Of a stretch of DNA of 64,000 bases, positions 1 through 9,493 are shown piece after piece (within the stretch, counting starts at the first letter, position 1; the number at the start of each line of letters is the position of its first letter). The stretch lies in the sequence record NC_062582.1. The stretch is one strand, 5' to 3'. Below the pieces are notes generated by a model that saw only the letters and a list, made by a program, of their open reading frames with translations, was not told where the DNA came from and made no database searches. The position numbers and the translations under genes are program-made.

Positions 1-127
1 TGACTTCTACCACAGGAACTTCAGTAATTACAGGGTTAACAGCTACAGGTAAAGCAGAGGCGGTACCTTCAATAAATTCTTCAATTGAAGCTTGTTCCGA
101 AAAGCGGTCCATCAGTCTAGATTTCAT
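1..127 (-). CDS. Partial hypothetical protein (MKSRLMDRFSEQASIEEF...), runs off the window; possibly a head protein
   Basis: ATG at 127 with AGGA upstream; frame stays open to the window edge; contains an SIE motif. Confidence 0.5.
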   Translation of the reverse strand, partial: MKSRLMDRFSEQASIEEFIEGTASALPVAVNPVITEVPVVEV

Positions 128-149
128 GTTGCGTTCCTAGGAATTTTTG

Positions 150-1244
150 TTAATGTTTTCTTACCAAACGACTAAAGAGTCGGTCAGTGCCACGAGTGAT
201 ATCAGTCACGTGTTTAATAATAAATTCAGCCAGTTCCATAAGAGGAGCGGCGCGACGATTGAGGGCAGATTTATTCGACTCATCTACCTTTGAGAAAAGA
301 GAAACAAGTTCGTCAACGTGTTTACACAAGTCGTCTATATTATCTTCCATACCTTCGACATATCGAATGAATCTATGGATATCACTAAGTTTGTTTTCCA
401 CCTTGGCACTATTACCTTTAGGGGTTTGAAAATTACGTGCAACGGCATTTCCAAACGGACCCATAAAAATATTACCTAGAACAATAATTAGGTTTTGTTT
501 CCAGTTCATAAACTTCTTGGGCATACCCACTTTAATATCTTTGTGGTCTAGCTGTCCTTCAAGGATAGAAATACGACGATTGAACATCAAGAACAAACGC
601 TCGATATTAGGTAAGTCTTTAGCATTTCTTTCTAACTTACCATCCTTACCCAAATCCATTACATCTCGTTTGATGCGCGATACCGCTGTACCGAATACAG
701 TAACCATTCGTTGGATATTAACATCTTCTTTACGGATAGTTTCTAAAGACTTCTCACCTTTAAACTCTTCCTTAACATGAAACATAGCGTAGACTTGTGT
801 ATGGTTTACCGAAACAGTCTTTTTATCAGGTGACTCTATGTCAGCGTCGGTAGTCTTTAGTTTGGTCAATACCTTGTCATAAGTCTTTAAACCATCACCG
901 ATATCTTCTTTGATATCACTTACATAATCCTCAAGCCCTGTCTGTAACTCTTCTGTTAGAGCGGTGTGAGCGGTCCTTAGTTCTTTTATGATGGCATTCT
1001 TACGTGTAATGGTACCCACATGACCTTCAAGCGAAATAGTAGATATTTCTTTATCTGTCATTAAAGCTTCTAGCGAAAACTTATCACGTGTAACTGCTGT
1101 TTTATCAATAAGTTCTTTTAAATGTACAGTACGGGCCTCAAGATCTAATAAGCCTTCTAGAGTCACATTAAGTGTACTCTCTTCCCAATCATTTTCTTCT
1201 GCTGGTGGATCGTTTGCCAGCGTCATATCCGTTACAATACCCAT
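150..1244 (-). CDS. Putative inner-head protein with an acidic propeptide
   Basis: 364-aa ORF; acidic N-terminus with TLE/SLE/SLE motifs like phiKZ prohead-protease cleavage sites. Confidence 0.55.
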   Translation of the reverse strand: MGIVTDMTLANDPPAEENDWEESTLNVTLEGLLDLEARTVHLKELIDKTAVTRDKFSLEALMTDKEISTISLEGHVGTITRKNAIIKELRTAHTALTEELQTGLEDYVSDIKEDIGDGLKTYDKVLTKLKTTDADIESPDKKTVSVNHTQVYAMFHVKEEFKGEKSLETIRKEDVNIQRMVTVFGTAVSRIKRDVMDLGKDGKLERNAKDLPNIERLFLMFNRRISILEGQLDHKDIKVGMPKKFMNWKQNLIIVLGNIFMGPFGNAVARNFQTPKGNSAKVENKLSDIHRFIRYVEGMEDNIDDLCKHVDELVSLFSKVDESNKSALNRRAAPLMELAEFIIKHVTDITRGTDRLFSRLVRKH

Positions 1245-1283
1245 GGTAGCTCTCGTTTAATAATAGATAACATACTATTGATT

Positions 1284-1316
1284 ACGGCATAAAGCCCTCC
1301 CGCAGGAGGGCCTTAT
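1284..1316. terminator. GC hairpin with conserved ACGGCATAA flank
   Basis: acggcataaagccctcc-cgca-ggagggccttat. Confidence 0.7.
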
Positions 1317-1675
1317 TAGTAACCATCTTCTACGGCACTTGTGGTTGGTTTCCACTCAAAGAACAACTTGGTGTATTTCTCTACATCCTGTTCTAGGAAA
1401 GGTTGAAGTGTACATGGTTGACGCCAGCACACTTCAACCATGATACCAAAACGAAAGTAAAGAGTTTGGTTAGCTGTTTTGAAAGTATTGTAAGAATAGT
1501 TAATAGGTTGCAACCAACCTTCAATCTCTGCTACAAGATCAATGATCCCGTTATGAATAAGATCAACAGTCTCTGGAGCCACAAAGGCTCCAATGAAAGA
1601 CGATTGGCGGTTACGAGTACAGAACCTAACGTGATCAACAAGACGTTGATGTAACGGTGTTGTACAGTCTGACAT
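1316..1675 (-). CDS. Hypothetical protein, 119 aa
   Basis: ORF with GAGG RBS, co-oriented directly downstream of the helicase. Confidence 0.6.
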   Translation of the reverse strand: MSDCTTPLHQRLVDHVRFCTRNRQSSFIGAFVAPETVDLIHNGIIDLVAEIEGWLQPINYSYNTFKTANQTLYFRFGIMVEVCWRQPCTLQPFLEQDVEKYTKLFFEWKPTTSAVEDGY

Positions 1676-1688
1676 GAGATACCTCTAA

Positions 1689-3221
1689 TTAGTTAGCCCA
1701 TGCATCATCATCGTCACCACCCAGGTTAGTACCCGGCAGAACTTTGAGAGCATAGTCTTCTTCTTTGTCGATGTCCCATGGGATTACACCAACAGTGGAG
1801 AATGGTAGCAAGCAGTACATATCGTCGTTGTGAGGATTGTTACGGTGCTTACCGCGTTGAATAGCCAGATAGGCTTTGCCTTTAACTCGGATAATGTGGT
1901 GGAACAATTCCAAGTCTGGTTCTTGACCTAGTCGTTTACAACCATCATAGTAACCACGGTTAGCTACAACCTTAACAAAGTCTTCAGTGTTCTCACGCAT
2001 CAGCATCAATGCATCGGAACCCAACTGGTGCGGAGACAAGAATGTAATACCACGCGGTGCTGTGTAGTTACGCATCCGACGGAATAGAAGACGAATATCA
2101 TCACCGGCTACTTTTGCATCCAAACCTGTTTTAGGAAGCATGTTCAAATAGTCAACGGACAAGTATTGTAGTTCAAACCCTTGTGATTGCAAACCATCCA
2201 AGTAGTTAACAAAACCGCCAATGGTAAATTCTGTAGGGTCAAAGCGAATCATCTTAACTTTAAAGCCGTTCTCTTCAAGTCGTCCACAGACATAAGCTGC
2301 TGCTTCTTTCTTGTTGATATCGGCTGTTACAACTTCTTCACCTGTTTCGTTTTCACGGATGTATTTGTAGATAGTCAAAAGGTTATCTGTGATTTCGTTC
2401 TCAAGTGTTACGAACAGAATCAAAGGCTTCTTAGACTTATCTCGCATGTGTGGTTTGTTGAACAGACATACGTGAACAAAAACAAACATAGCAAAGAATG
2501 ATTTAAAGTTGTGTTGCAATGCTGCTGTAGTAATGAACTCACCACGACGCAAAGCGCCCAATGTACCCAGTACACGGTTCAAACCTTTCCAACCCAATCG
2601 GAATGCACCTTCTGCACTCAAACTGGTTTGCACGGCTTCAAACATCTCTTCAACCATGTCTGGACTATCAAAGTCAATACAACCCATTTCAGCAGGGTGG
2701 CGTGCTTCTGCACGAGCTTTAACCAAAGGATCTAACTTTACACCCATCTCGTTAATGATAGCTGCAACGTCTTGGTTGCCCGGACCACTAAAGAAAATCT
2801 TCTGGGAATATTCCCGCATAATCTGTTTGATACCAACATCACCCAGATAACTATTCAGTGTTGCACGACGACTATTAATAGAACGCATAATAGACATCCC
2901 ATCCGGGAACATCTCATTAACGCCTTCAGATACCGCATCGTATAGGTAAGATTCCTCACGGCAACTTACACGTACATCCTGCAAGACTTCCGACATACTA
3001 GGAAAGTCATTCGCAGATTTCTTATTAAGTGCTACAACAAGGTTACGTAATTCAAGGAATGTTTGTCGCCCTTGGTCATGATCTGCTGTCGTTTCTTTTA
3101 CTTCAAGTGTCCCGATAATCTTCTCAACCAACTCCGATGAAGGAGATGCTGGAGAATCAGGACGGTGTTCTAAGCACAATAGAGTAATACATTGTACCAG
3201 GAGTTGCTTTGGAGCCGCCAT
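1689..3221 (-). CDS. dnaB: DnaB-like replicative helicase (phiKZ gp118-like)
   Basis: RRGEFITTAALQHNFKS (variant Walker A), LFVTLEN, SVDYLNM, LSPHQL and RGKHR motifs; adjacent to MCP as in phiKZ. Confidence 0.85.
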   Translation of the reverse strand: MAAPKQLLVQCITLLCLEHRPDSPASPSSELVEKIIGTLEVKETTADHDQGRQTFLELRNLVVALNKKSANDFPSMSEVLQDVRVSCREESYLYDAVSEGVNEMFPDGMSIMRSINSRRATLNSYLGDVGIKQIMREYSQKIFFSGPGNQDVAAIINEMGVKLDPLVKARAEARHPAEMGCIDFDSPDMVEEMFEAVQTSLSAEGAFRLGWKGLNRVLGTLGALRRGEFITTAALQHNFKSFFAMFVFVHVCLFNKPHMRDKSKKPLILFVTLENEITDNLLTIYKYIRENETGEEVVTADINKKEAAAYVCGRLEENGFKVKMIRFDPTEFTIGGFVNYLDGLQSQGFELQYLSVDYLNMLPKTGLDAKVAGDDIRLLFRRMRNYTAPRGITFLSPHQLGSDALMLMRENTEDFVKVVANRGYYDGCKRLGQEPDLELFHHIIRVKGKAYLAIQRGKHRNNPHNDDMYCLLPFSTVGVIPWDIDKEEDYALKVLPGTNLGGDDDDAWAN

Positions 3222-3312
3222 TTAATAACCCTTAAAAATGTGAAGTTTATGAGGACGTAATTCTTATCATGAATCTTCTCAGTATAGTTATTCTCAGGTT
3301 ATCTGCCTATTC

Positions 3313-3322
3313 CTATGTAGAC
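3313..3322 (+). promoter_or_regulatory. Putative late promoter (TATG core), CTATGTAGAC
   Basis: Identical 10-mer at 32608-32617; both precede structural genes; phiKZ late promoters have a TATG core. Confidence 0.5.
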
Positions 3323-3356
3323 AAATTTACCTTGGTCCATCAATAGGTCCTAACCC

Positions 3357-3893
3357 ATGATCAAGCTTCTTGTAATTCCTAGTCCTGTTTTCGAACAGTA
3401 CCAAGCAGACGGTGTTTCATTTAACAGTTTGCTAGATACCAACTATATAGCTTCAGTTAGCAGTGTTGCAGACCTTGCGTCTATTGATAGTGCTATCAAT
3501 GAATTCCAATTTACCTTCTGTCAGGGTACTGGCATTGAGCTGGCGGATAGCCCTCGTGTCGGTATTGCATTAGCTAGTCAGTCCGACGACCTTAATCGAT
3601 TCAAGATGCAAGATTTGCATAATGTTTTAGAGGCACGTATTGAAACACTAGCGTTGCGTAAAGTTAATGAACAACCATCAGTTGGTGTTTATGTGCTATA
3701 TCCTGTAGATGAGAATCTTTGGGTTGCGGTGCAGAAGAGTCTGCCTAACCAAAATAGCGATCCTACACGACTGTCACTCGTTAATAACCATAACTTCTTT
3801 GATAGTATGATTAATGAGTTAAATCGCACATGCGATCTACAACAAATTGCTTCGACTAACCTATTCACTTATTATCTGAATTCCCGTAACTAA
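3357..3893 (+). CDS. Conserved hypothetical virion protein (phiKZ gp119 position)
   Basis: 178-aa ORF between helicase and MCP. Confidence 0.6.
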   Translation: MIKLLVIPSPVFEQYQADGVSFNSLLDTNYIASVSSVADLASIDSAINEFQFTFCQGTGIELADSPRVGIALASQSDDLNRFKMQDLHNVLEARIETLALRKVNEQPSVGVYVLYPVDENLWVAVQKSLPNQNSDPTRLSLVNNHNFFDSMINELNRTCDLQQIASTNLFTYYLNSRN

Positions 3894-3968
3894 ATCCGGT
3901 AAAAATAGATACGTGAAGAATTCAGTTATTGTTACATCAAAAAATCCATCCTACGTAGGAAATAAAAA

Positions 3969-6197
3969 ATGTCTTATTTGAAATCGCTGTTGAAAGCTAA
4001 TGCTGATCAAGCTCCAACTACCTTCTCTATGGAGAACTTCCTGGGTCTTCTGGCCGAAGGTCAAGATCTGAGTGGTAGTGTATTTAACGCAGCTCATGGT
4101 CTGACCAAGTCTGTTGGCCTGGAATCCTTTGGTGATGCCAAGCACGAAGAAACCGTTACCATTAGTGCTATGTACAAGAACCTGCAAGGTCTGTTGACTC
4201 GTTCGGGTTTCGAATCGTTCCTGAGTGAAAACAGCCGTGTAGCTGAGAACCAAATCGTTGCTGCTACTACCGCTGCCATCGCTGCTGAAAACCCTAAAGA
4301 GTACATCAAGGCTCTGCGTAACCTGACCAAGGCTCTGCCATCGACCGAAAGCATCCGTACCGTTGAACAATCGTTCGCTGGTCCACACGGTTCGCTGCAA
4401 GTATTCCAAGGTGATGCCGCTAAGAACATCGGCCTGGAAAACTACAACGAGAAATCGCAGCGTGACTTCCGTGTTGTTACCGTTGGTTATAACCTGGCTG
4501 CTAGCCGTCAGGATGAGTTCGCTGAACGTATCTACCCAACTACCGTAATCAACCCGATTGAAGGTGGTGTTGTTCAAGTTCTTCCTTACATCGCTGTACT
4601 GAAAGACGTTCATCACTCGGTTACTGGTGCCCTGTGGGATACCAAAGAAGTAAACATGGTTGAAGCATACCGTGACCCATCCATCCTGGATGATAACGCT
4701 ACCGACCTGATCCCAGCTATCGCTCCTGGTGGCGAGAACCTGAAATACTTCGTAGACCCAGCTCTGATCGCTCCTGAGACTGTAGTTAACGAACAAAACA
4801 TGTCGATCGAAACTGCCCCACTGAAACCAGGTATCAAAGTTGACCTGATGGGTATCTCGAACGCCAACTTGCTGATCAACGCTAACATGCTCGACGTGTC
4901 TGACACCATCGACCCTGCTGGCCGTCTGAAAGCTCTGTACGTTAAATTCGAAGGCGAAGTAATCCGCTTTAAAGTTGACCGCATGCCACGCGCTGTGTTC
5001 CAACCTGACCTGATCGGTGATACCCGTGGTGCTAAGGTTGACTTCTGGACTGACGACCTGTCGGTTTCGGCAATCACCCGTACTATCGGTGGCGCTGCTA
5101 CTTCTGTTATCACTGAACTCGAAACCCGTAAATGGGTACTGCGTATCAGCGTTCAATTCTCCGGCGTTGTTAGCCTGAGCAAAGGCGAATCCCGCTTCAC
5201 CGTTGGTGAGTGCTCGGTTGCTCGCATCCTGAACGAAGATCGTCGTGATATCGATATCACTGCTGGTCCTGGTGCTGCTTTGGTAGCTAAACTGGCTGAT
5301 CTGGAAATCATCGGTTTCGACCTTGATTGCCGCTTCACCAACACCAACCGTCGTCAGCGTGGTCACCTGCTGCAAACTCGTGCCCTGCAATTCCGTCACC
5401 CTATCCCAATGCACGCGCCAGTAACCCTGCCGTTGAGCACCATGGATGAAGAAGGTCCAGGCGAAGTTGTTAAAGCACTGACTGTTAACACCAACATCCG
5501 TAACAGCAACAACGCTGTTAAGACCCTGCTGAACTACCTGGCACAACTGCGTGAACTGACTGGTAGCGGTTTCAACCGTCCATCGATCAACGTTTACGAA
5601 GGTGCTCTGGCTTCGGTAATGCGTCCTACCTACGTTTACGGTAATCTGCACCTGCCAGACGTAATCGATACCCTGAAGTCGAAAGACCGTTGGGACGACG
5701 TTTGCTCGGCGATCCTGAACTACGTCAAAGGTCAACTGTTCCCTGCATACCGGAACTCTAACATTGAAGCTGCTTTCCGTGTTATCTCTGGTAACCAAGA
5801 CGAACGTCCAATCTTCCTGTTCTGCTCGGACAAAGAGATTGCTAACTACCTGATGACCAAAGGCGATGACCGTACCCTGGGTGCTTACCTGGAATACGAT
5901 ATCGTATCGACCAACAACGAACTGTTTGACGGTAAGCTGGTAGTAGTACCGACCCGTAAGAACCCAACCGAGAACGACATCCTGTCCTTCGGTCAGTTCT
6001 TCTACGTATCGACTATCGTAGCCGACCTGCCAATCAGCCGTGGCGGTAACCAGATCACTCGCGAAATCGCAGCGATCCCATTCAACCTGCACATCAACAA
6101 CATTCCTTTCGCTCTGGAATTCGACATCTCCGGCTTCGCCGACGTGATGGGTACTTCTCAGTGGAACAAGCCGTTGATTGACGCTGTTAAGGCTTGA
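3969..6197 (+). CDS. Major capsid protein precursor (phiKZ gp120-like)
   Basis: 742 aa; strongly biased codon usage; SME/GLE/GLE cleavage-type sites in the first 160 aa; size and gene order match phiKZ MCP. Confidence 0.9.
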   Translation: MSYLKSLLKANADQAPTTFSMENFLGLLAEGQDLSGSVFNAAHGLTKSVGLESFGDAKHEETVTISAMYKNLQGLLTRSGFESFLSENSRVAENQIVAATTAAIAAENPKEYIKALRNLTKALPSTESIRTVEQSFAGPHGSLQVFQGDAAKNIGLENYNEKSQRDFRVVTVGYNLAASRQDEFAERIYPTTVINPIEGGVVQVLPYIAVLKDVHHSVTGALWDTKEVNMVEAYRDPSILDDNATDLIPAIAPGGENLKYFVDPALIAPETVVNEQNMSIETAPLKPGIKVDLMGISNANLLINANMLDVSDTIDPAGRLKALYVKFEGEVIRFKVDRMPRAVFQPDLIGDTRGAKVDFWTDDLSVSAITRTIGGAATSVITELETRKWVLRISVQFSGVVSLSKGESRFTVGECSVARILNEDRRDIDITAGPGAALVAKLADLEIIGFDLDCRFTNTNRRQRGHLLQTRALQFRHPIPMHAPVTLPLSTMDEEGPGEVVKALTVNTNIRNSNNAVKTLLNYLAQLRELTGSGFNRPSINVYEGALASVMRPTYVYGNLHLPDVIDTLKSKDRWDDVCSAILNYVKGQLFPAYRNSNIEAAFRVISGNQDERPIFLFCSDKEIANYLMTKGDDRTLGAYLEYDIVSTNNELFDGKLVVVPTRKNPTENDILSFGQFFYVSTIVADLPISRGGNQITREIAAIPFNLHINNIPFALEFDISGFADVMGTSQWNKPLIDAVKA

Positions 6198-6278
6198 ACT
6201 GGAAAGGGAACCTTCCGTACTTTGGAAGATGGCACTCGCCGGACTTTACAGGACGGACAGGCCCGCCTCTTAGAGTAA
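6198..6278 (+). other. In-frame 26-codon extension after the MCP TGA (TGKGTFRTLEDGTRRTLQDGQARLLE*), candidate read-through tail
   Basis: In frame with MCP, no in-frame ATG, 54% GC, lies before the terminator; matches the C-terminus of the 32658-33191 protein. Confidence 0.6.
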
Positions 6279-6291
6279 AGAGGTAAAAGCT

Positions 6292-6332
6292 CGACATTTA
6301 GCCCAGCTCTTCGGAGTTGGGCTTTATGCCGT
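6292..6332 (+). terminator. Terminator hairpin of the MCP transcript
   Basis: agcccagctc-TTCG-gagttgggct followed by ttatgccgt. Confidence 0.8.
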
Positions 6333-6344
6333 CAATAGAAAAAG

Positions 6345-6375
6345 TTCTAAATCTATATTACGTATCTGAATGTAA
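6345..6375 (+). promoter_or_regulatory. Early promoter (TATATTAC)
   Basis: TATATTAC at 6354-6361 matches the phiKZ early consensus; 28/29-nt copy at 55801. Confidence 0.75.
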
Positions 6376-6399
6376 ACTCACTCTTCTAGGATATCTCCG

Positions 6400-6807
6400 A
6401 TGAACTTCTTTGAATCTTATGCTGACCTAGTCATGCTAGAGCTAAATGAAGATGGTTCCAACATCGGCGATATCGTCGTTGATTGGGAACAGCTTTGCAA
6501 GAAAGAAAGTACTACCAATAGTAATGATACATCTAACGCTGCACCAACTACCAAACATAATAACCGTCCATTTAAGGATGGTAATATGCCCGGTCGTACT
6601 AACCCTGCATTCAAACCTAACGAAGCAGAAGAAACAATCAAGTTGAGAAAGATATGGCGCAACAACACTACTACGAAACTGAGTCGTTCGGAACCCGTGC
6701 ATTTAAACAACCATCATCTCAAAGGCGAACACGTAATTGTGAGGAAGGTGGATACGACGTTCAGACGAAAACAACTAGGAAACAAGTCAGGACCCGTGGT
6801 AAAGTAA
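6400..6807 (+). CDS. Hypothetical protein, acidic N-terminus and basic C-terminus
   Basis: TAGGA RBS; first ORF after the early promoter. Confidence 0.55.
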   Translation: MNFFESYADLVMLELNEDGSNIGDIVVDWEQLCKKESTTNSNDTSNAAPTTKHNNRPFKDGNMPGRTNPAFKPNEAEETIKLRKIWRNNTTTKLSRSEPVHLNNHHLKGEHVIVRKVDTTFRRKQLGNKSGPVVK

Positions 6808-6831
6808 GAATGGATGTGGTTGAGGAAAGTT

Positions 6832-7842
6832 ATGTTGAACAAGCATCTCAAGATCAGTGGCACGAGCATTGATCTGACGCCAACATTCGATAATCCTTTT
6901 GAAGGCTATAAAGACCATAATCACCCTCTGACAAATCTAGGTAGAACCAATACGGTAAAGGAATCGTTTCAGTATGTTAATGAATCGATTTATCCGGTAT
7001 GCATTACAGGTACTAACGGTTTACAAATGGAGATCAGGGGAGGACTTAGAAATCTTAATCGTTTAGTTGTAATCAGAACAATCACATTTGGTTCCGATAT
7101 TGGAATCGATCTTAGTAATAGTAGTCGCATTCTCGGTGAAGGAGGTGATGAGTTCGTTAGTTATGTTTCCAATGTCATTGAACGTGAAGTTGGGAATCGT
7201 GATCGAACTATCGTACTGTATTACGTTGTTGACACAACCAATCTTTGGGGAGAACCAGACGGCGTTTATATTAATCAAATCGGTATTACTGTTTATTCCC
7301 CAGTACATGCTTCTAATGTGTCCATGGTGAATGAGCGTAGACCTGTTACGATTGATGATGACGGCGAACCCGAAAGAACCTGGGGCGCAAATATTCAGCT
7401 CTTGCATATACCGGAGAGTAATGTAAATACCAAACCAGCTTATGTTGCAGTTGGTAATCAACTAGTTGAAGTAGATAGCGTACAGATCCCTGGGATGAAG
7501 CCTGGGATGCATTTGATCACTCATGGCAATGCACGTATAGCCGGTAATAGTGCGAACCACTATTCGACGCACATAAAGCCTGAGGACTATAAGCAGAATG
7601 GTATTTATGAAAGTTATCAACAATTGATGGAGGGGATAGGTGGTAAGGATCGAGCAGCAGAAGTAGCTTCGTTATTGAAAAGCCAGGATAACAGCAAACC
7701 TGGTCAAGCTCCACCTTCGTTAAGTATTCTCGATGAGGTAACAATCGGAGGCCATTCTTTGAGAACTTATGCAGCTACCATCGGAGAAACAATTGGCGTA
7801 TTTAATAAAGTGAAAGATGATGTTAAGAATGTTGGTAAGTAG
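6832..7842 (+). CDS. Conserved hypothetical protein (phiKZ gp122 position)
   Basis: Long ORF; ATG 6832 has a GAGGA RBS (track start is 6814). Confidence 0.65.
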   Translation: MLNKHLKISGTSIDLTPTFDNPFEGYKDHNHPLTNLGRTNTVKESFQYVNESIYPVCITGTNGLQMEIRGGLRNLNRLVVIRTITFGSDIGIDLSNSSRILGEGGDEFVSYVSNVIEREVGNRDRTIVLYYVVDTTNLWGEPDGVYINQIGITVYSPVHASNVSMVNERRPVTIDDDGEPERTWGANIQLLHIPESNVNTKPAYVAVGNQLVEVDSVQIPGMKPGMHLITHGNARIAGNSANHYSTHIKPEDYKQNGIYESYQQLMEGIGGKDRAAEVASLLKSQDNSKPGQAPPSLSILDEVTIGGHSLRTYAATIGETIGVFNKVKDDVKNVGK

Positions 7843-7851
7843 AGGTGAGTG

Positions 7852-9477
7852 ATGGCAGATAGTTATCTGATGGGTAAAATCCGAGAACGTACTGAACCTT
7901 TCAATATGTCCTTGGCTAACGGCATTGCGCATGAACAGTTAATGGCGGTAAGTGACGCCGGTAAATCTGCACGGGAAGCTGCGGTTGATCAGATGTTTGC
8001 AATCAACTCTGCAATGTTTCCAGAAGGTTTCAAATATCATGGTTGTCACATCAGTCGACCTGAGAAACACTTTGAAGAGATTACACGAGAGTATAGTAGT
8101 AAGCGTATCGCGAACATCGCTAAAAACACCAACACCATGTTTACATTGAAGACCAGCTTCAAAGGTGAACCTTGTTTCGATCGCCACATTCTTATTCCAT
8201 ATCTCCTGCAAGGTTCCACCAGCTTTATTAACGGAGCTTGTTATAACTATTCGCCAGTTCTAGCTGACGTTGGTTATTCCGTATTGAGTAACAGTATCTT
8301 CATTCCGTTTGCACGTGCGAAGCTGACCTTTAAACAAAACGATCATCATTACAAATGTAATGGCGAACGAAAGATCATGCACGTGATCTGGTCTCAGGTT
8401 CACAACGAAATGAGCAAGCGTAACAAACGTGACTTGGATAATCGTCAACAGATTGAGTCTTGTCTAGCACATTACTTCTTCTGTGAGTTTGGTGTAACCG
8501 ATACATTCAAGCAGTGGGCTAACGCGGATATTAAGATCGGGAAGAAGTCTGAGTTCCCTGAATCGGAATACCCACGTGATCAATGGAACATCTACGAGTC
8601 TGCATATTTGGTAGGTACTCACCCAACTGGTGAAATCGTACTGGCAATGCTCAAGGAACAAGAGACAGACTTCGCCAAACGTCTTGTGGCGGGTTTCTTC
8701 TATGTAGTCGATACTTTCCCTGGTCGGTTCGTTGAACCGTCTTATATGGACAATAAGCGTGTCTGGCGCGTATTGCTTGGTTTGATGGTGTTCGGTGACT
8801 TTGAGCACATCGGTAAGATTACCGAGAACATTGATAACCACATGGAAAGTTTTAATAACTATCTTGATGAAATGACAATCAAGAACCTAAGTCGGGTTGA
8901 TGTAAAAGTCAGAACGATCTGGGAACTGTTGTATTGCATCATGACGCAACTCTCTCATCACCTGTATGACACAGACATCGATGAGACCAGTATGTACCAC
9001 AAACAGTTCTCTGTGATGCGGTATGTAATGGATGATCTTAACCGAGCTGTTACAATGTTTGCCTTTGGTTTTCAATCCCGAAAAGATAAGGAATGGACCA
9101 AGAAGGATATTGATGACGCGCTCAAACGACAATTCAAACTAAACACGTGTATGCGTAAGATGAACGTAGAACACGGTGAAGTTGATATTGTCAGTTATCC
9201 TGGTGATAACAAAGCAATCAAATTGACAAGCATGGTTGTTCCACAAGACCGTGCACGTTCTAGTAAGTCCCGTAACAAATCCATCATTGGCGACTCCAGT
9301 CGGTTGATTCACGTTTCTCTGTCTGAAGTATGTCAATATAAGAATCAACCAAAGAACAACCCAGACGGTCGTGGCCGTGTGAGTCTCTGGTGTGATATCG
9401 ATTATGACGGGATGGTAAAACGTAATCAGGAAGATAAACCCTTCCTCGACGAAGTTCAAAAGAAATTCAAACGTTAA
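7852..9477 (+). CDS. Non-virion RNA polymerase beta-like subunit, N-terminal part (phiKZ gp123-like)
   Basis: About 541 aa; IPYL, YSPVLAD and NNPDGRGR motifs; size and position as in phiKZ. Confidence 0.8.
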   Translation: MADSYLMGKIRERTEPFNMSLANGIAHEQLMAVSDAGKSAREAAVDQMFAINSAMFPEGFKYHGCHISRPEKHFEEITREYSSKRIANIAKNTNTMFTLKTSFKGEPCFDRHILIPYLLQGSTSFINGACYNYSPVLADVGYSVLSNSIFIPFARAKLTFKQNDHHYKCNGERKIMHVIWSQVHNEMSKRNKRDLDNRQQIESCLAHYFFCEFGVTDTFKQWANADIKIGKKSEFPESEYPRDQWNIYESAYLVGTHPTGEIVLAMLKEQETDFAKRLVAGFFYVVDTFPGRFVEPSYMDNKRVWRVLLGLMVFGDFEHIGKITENIDNHMESFNNYLDEMTIKNLSRVDVKVRTIWELLYCIMTQLSHHLYDTDIDETSMYHKQFSVMRYVMDDLNRAVTMFAFGFQSRKDKEWTKKDIDDALKRQFKLNTCMRKMNVEHGEVDIVSYPGDNKAIKLTSMVVPQDRARSSKSRNKSIIGDSSRLIHVSLSEVCQYKNQPKNNPDGRGRVSLWCDIDYDGMVKRNQEDKPFLDEVQKKFKR

Positions 9478-9493
9478 CTAAATAGGTATCAAA

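Noticed and set aside
1316-1675. Possible detached tail-sheath C-terminal-like domain
   Set aside because: Only a vague FxG..helix pattern; no alignable partner in the window
2480-2520. Atypical Walker A (HNFKS in the helicase, NNFKT in UvsX) as a sign of inactivity
   Set aside because: As I recall, a family trait of phiKZ-like enzymes; other motifs are intact
3951-6092. 713-aa antisense ORF over the MCP gene
   Set aside because: Exact antisense shadow of a strongly codon-biased gene; no RBS or recognisable protein features
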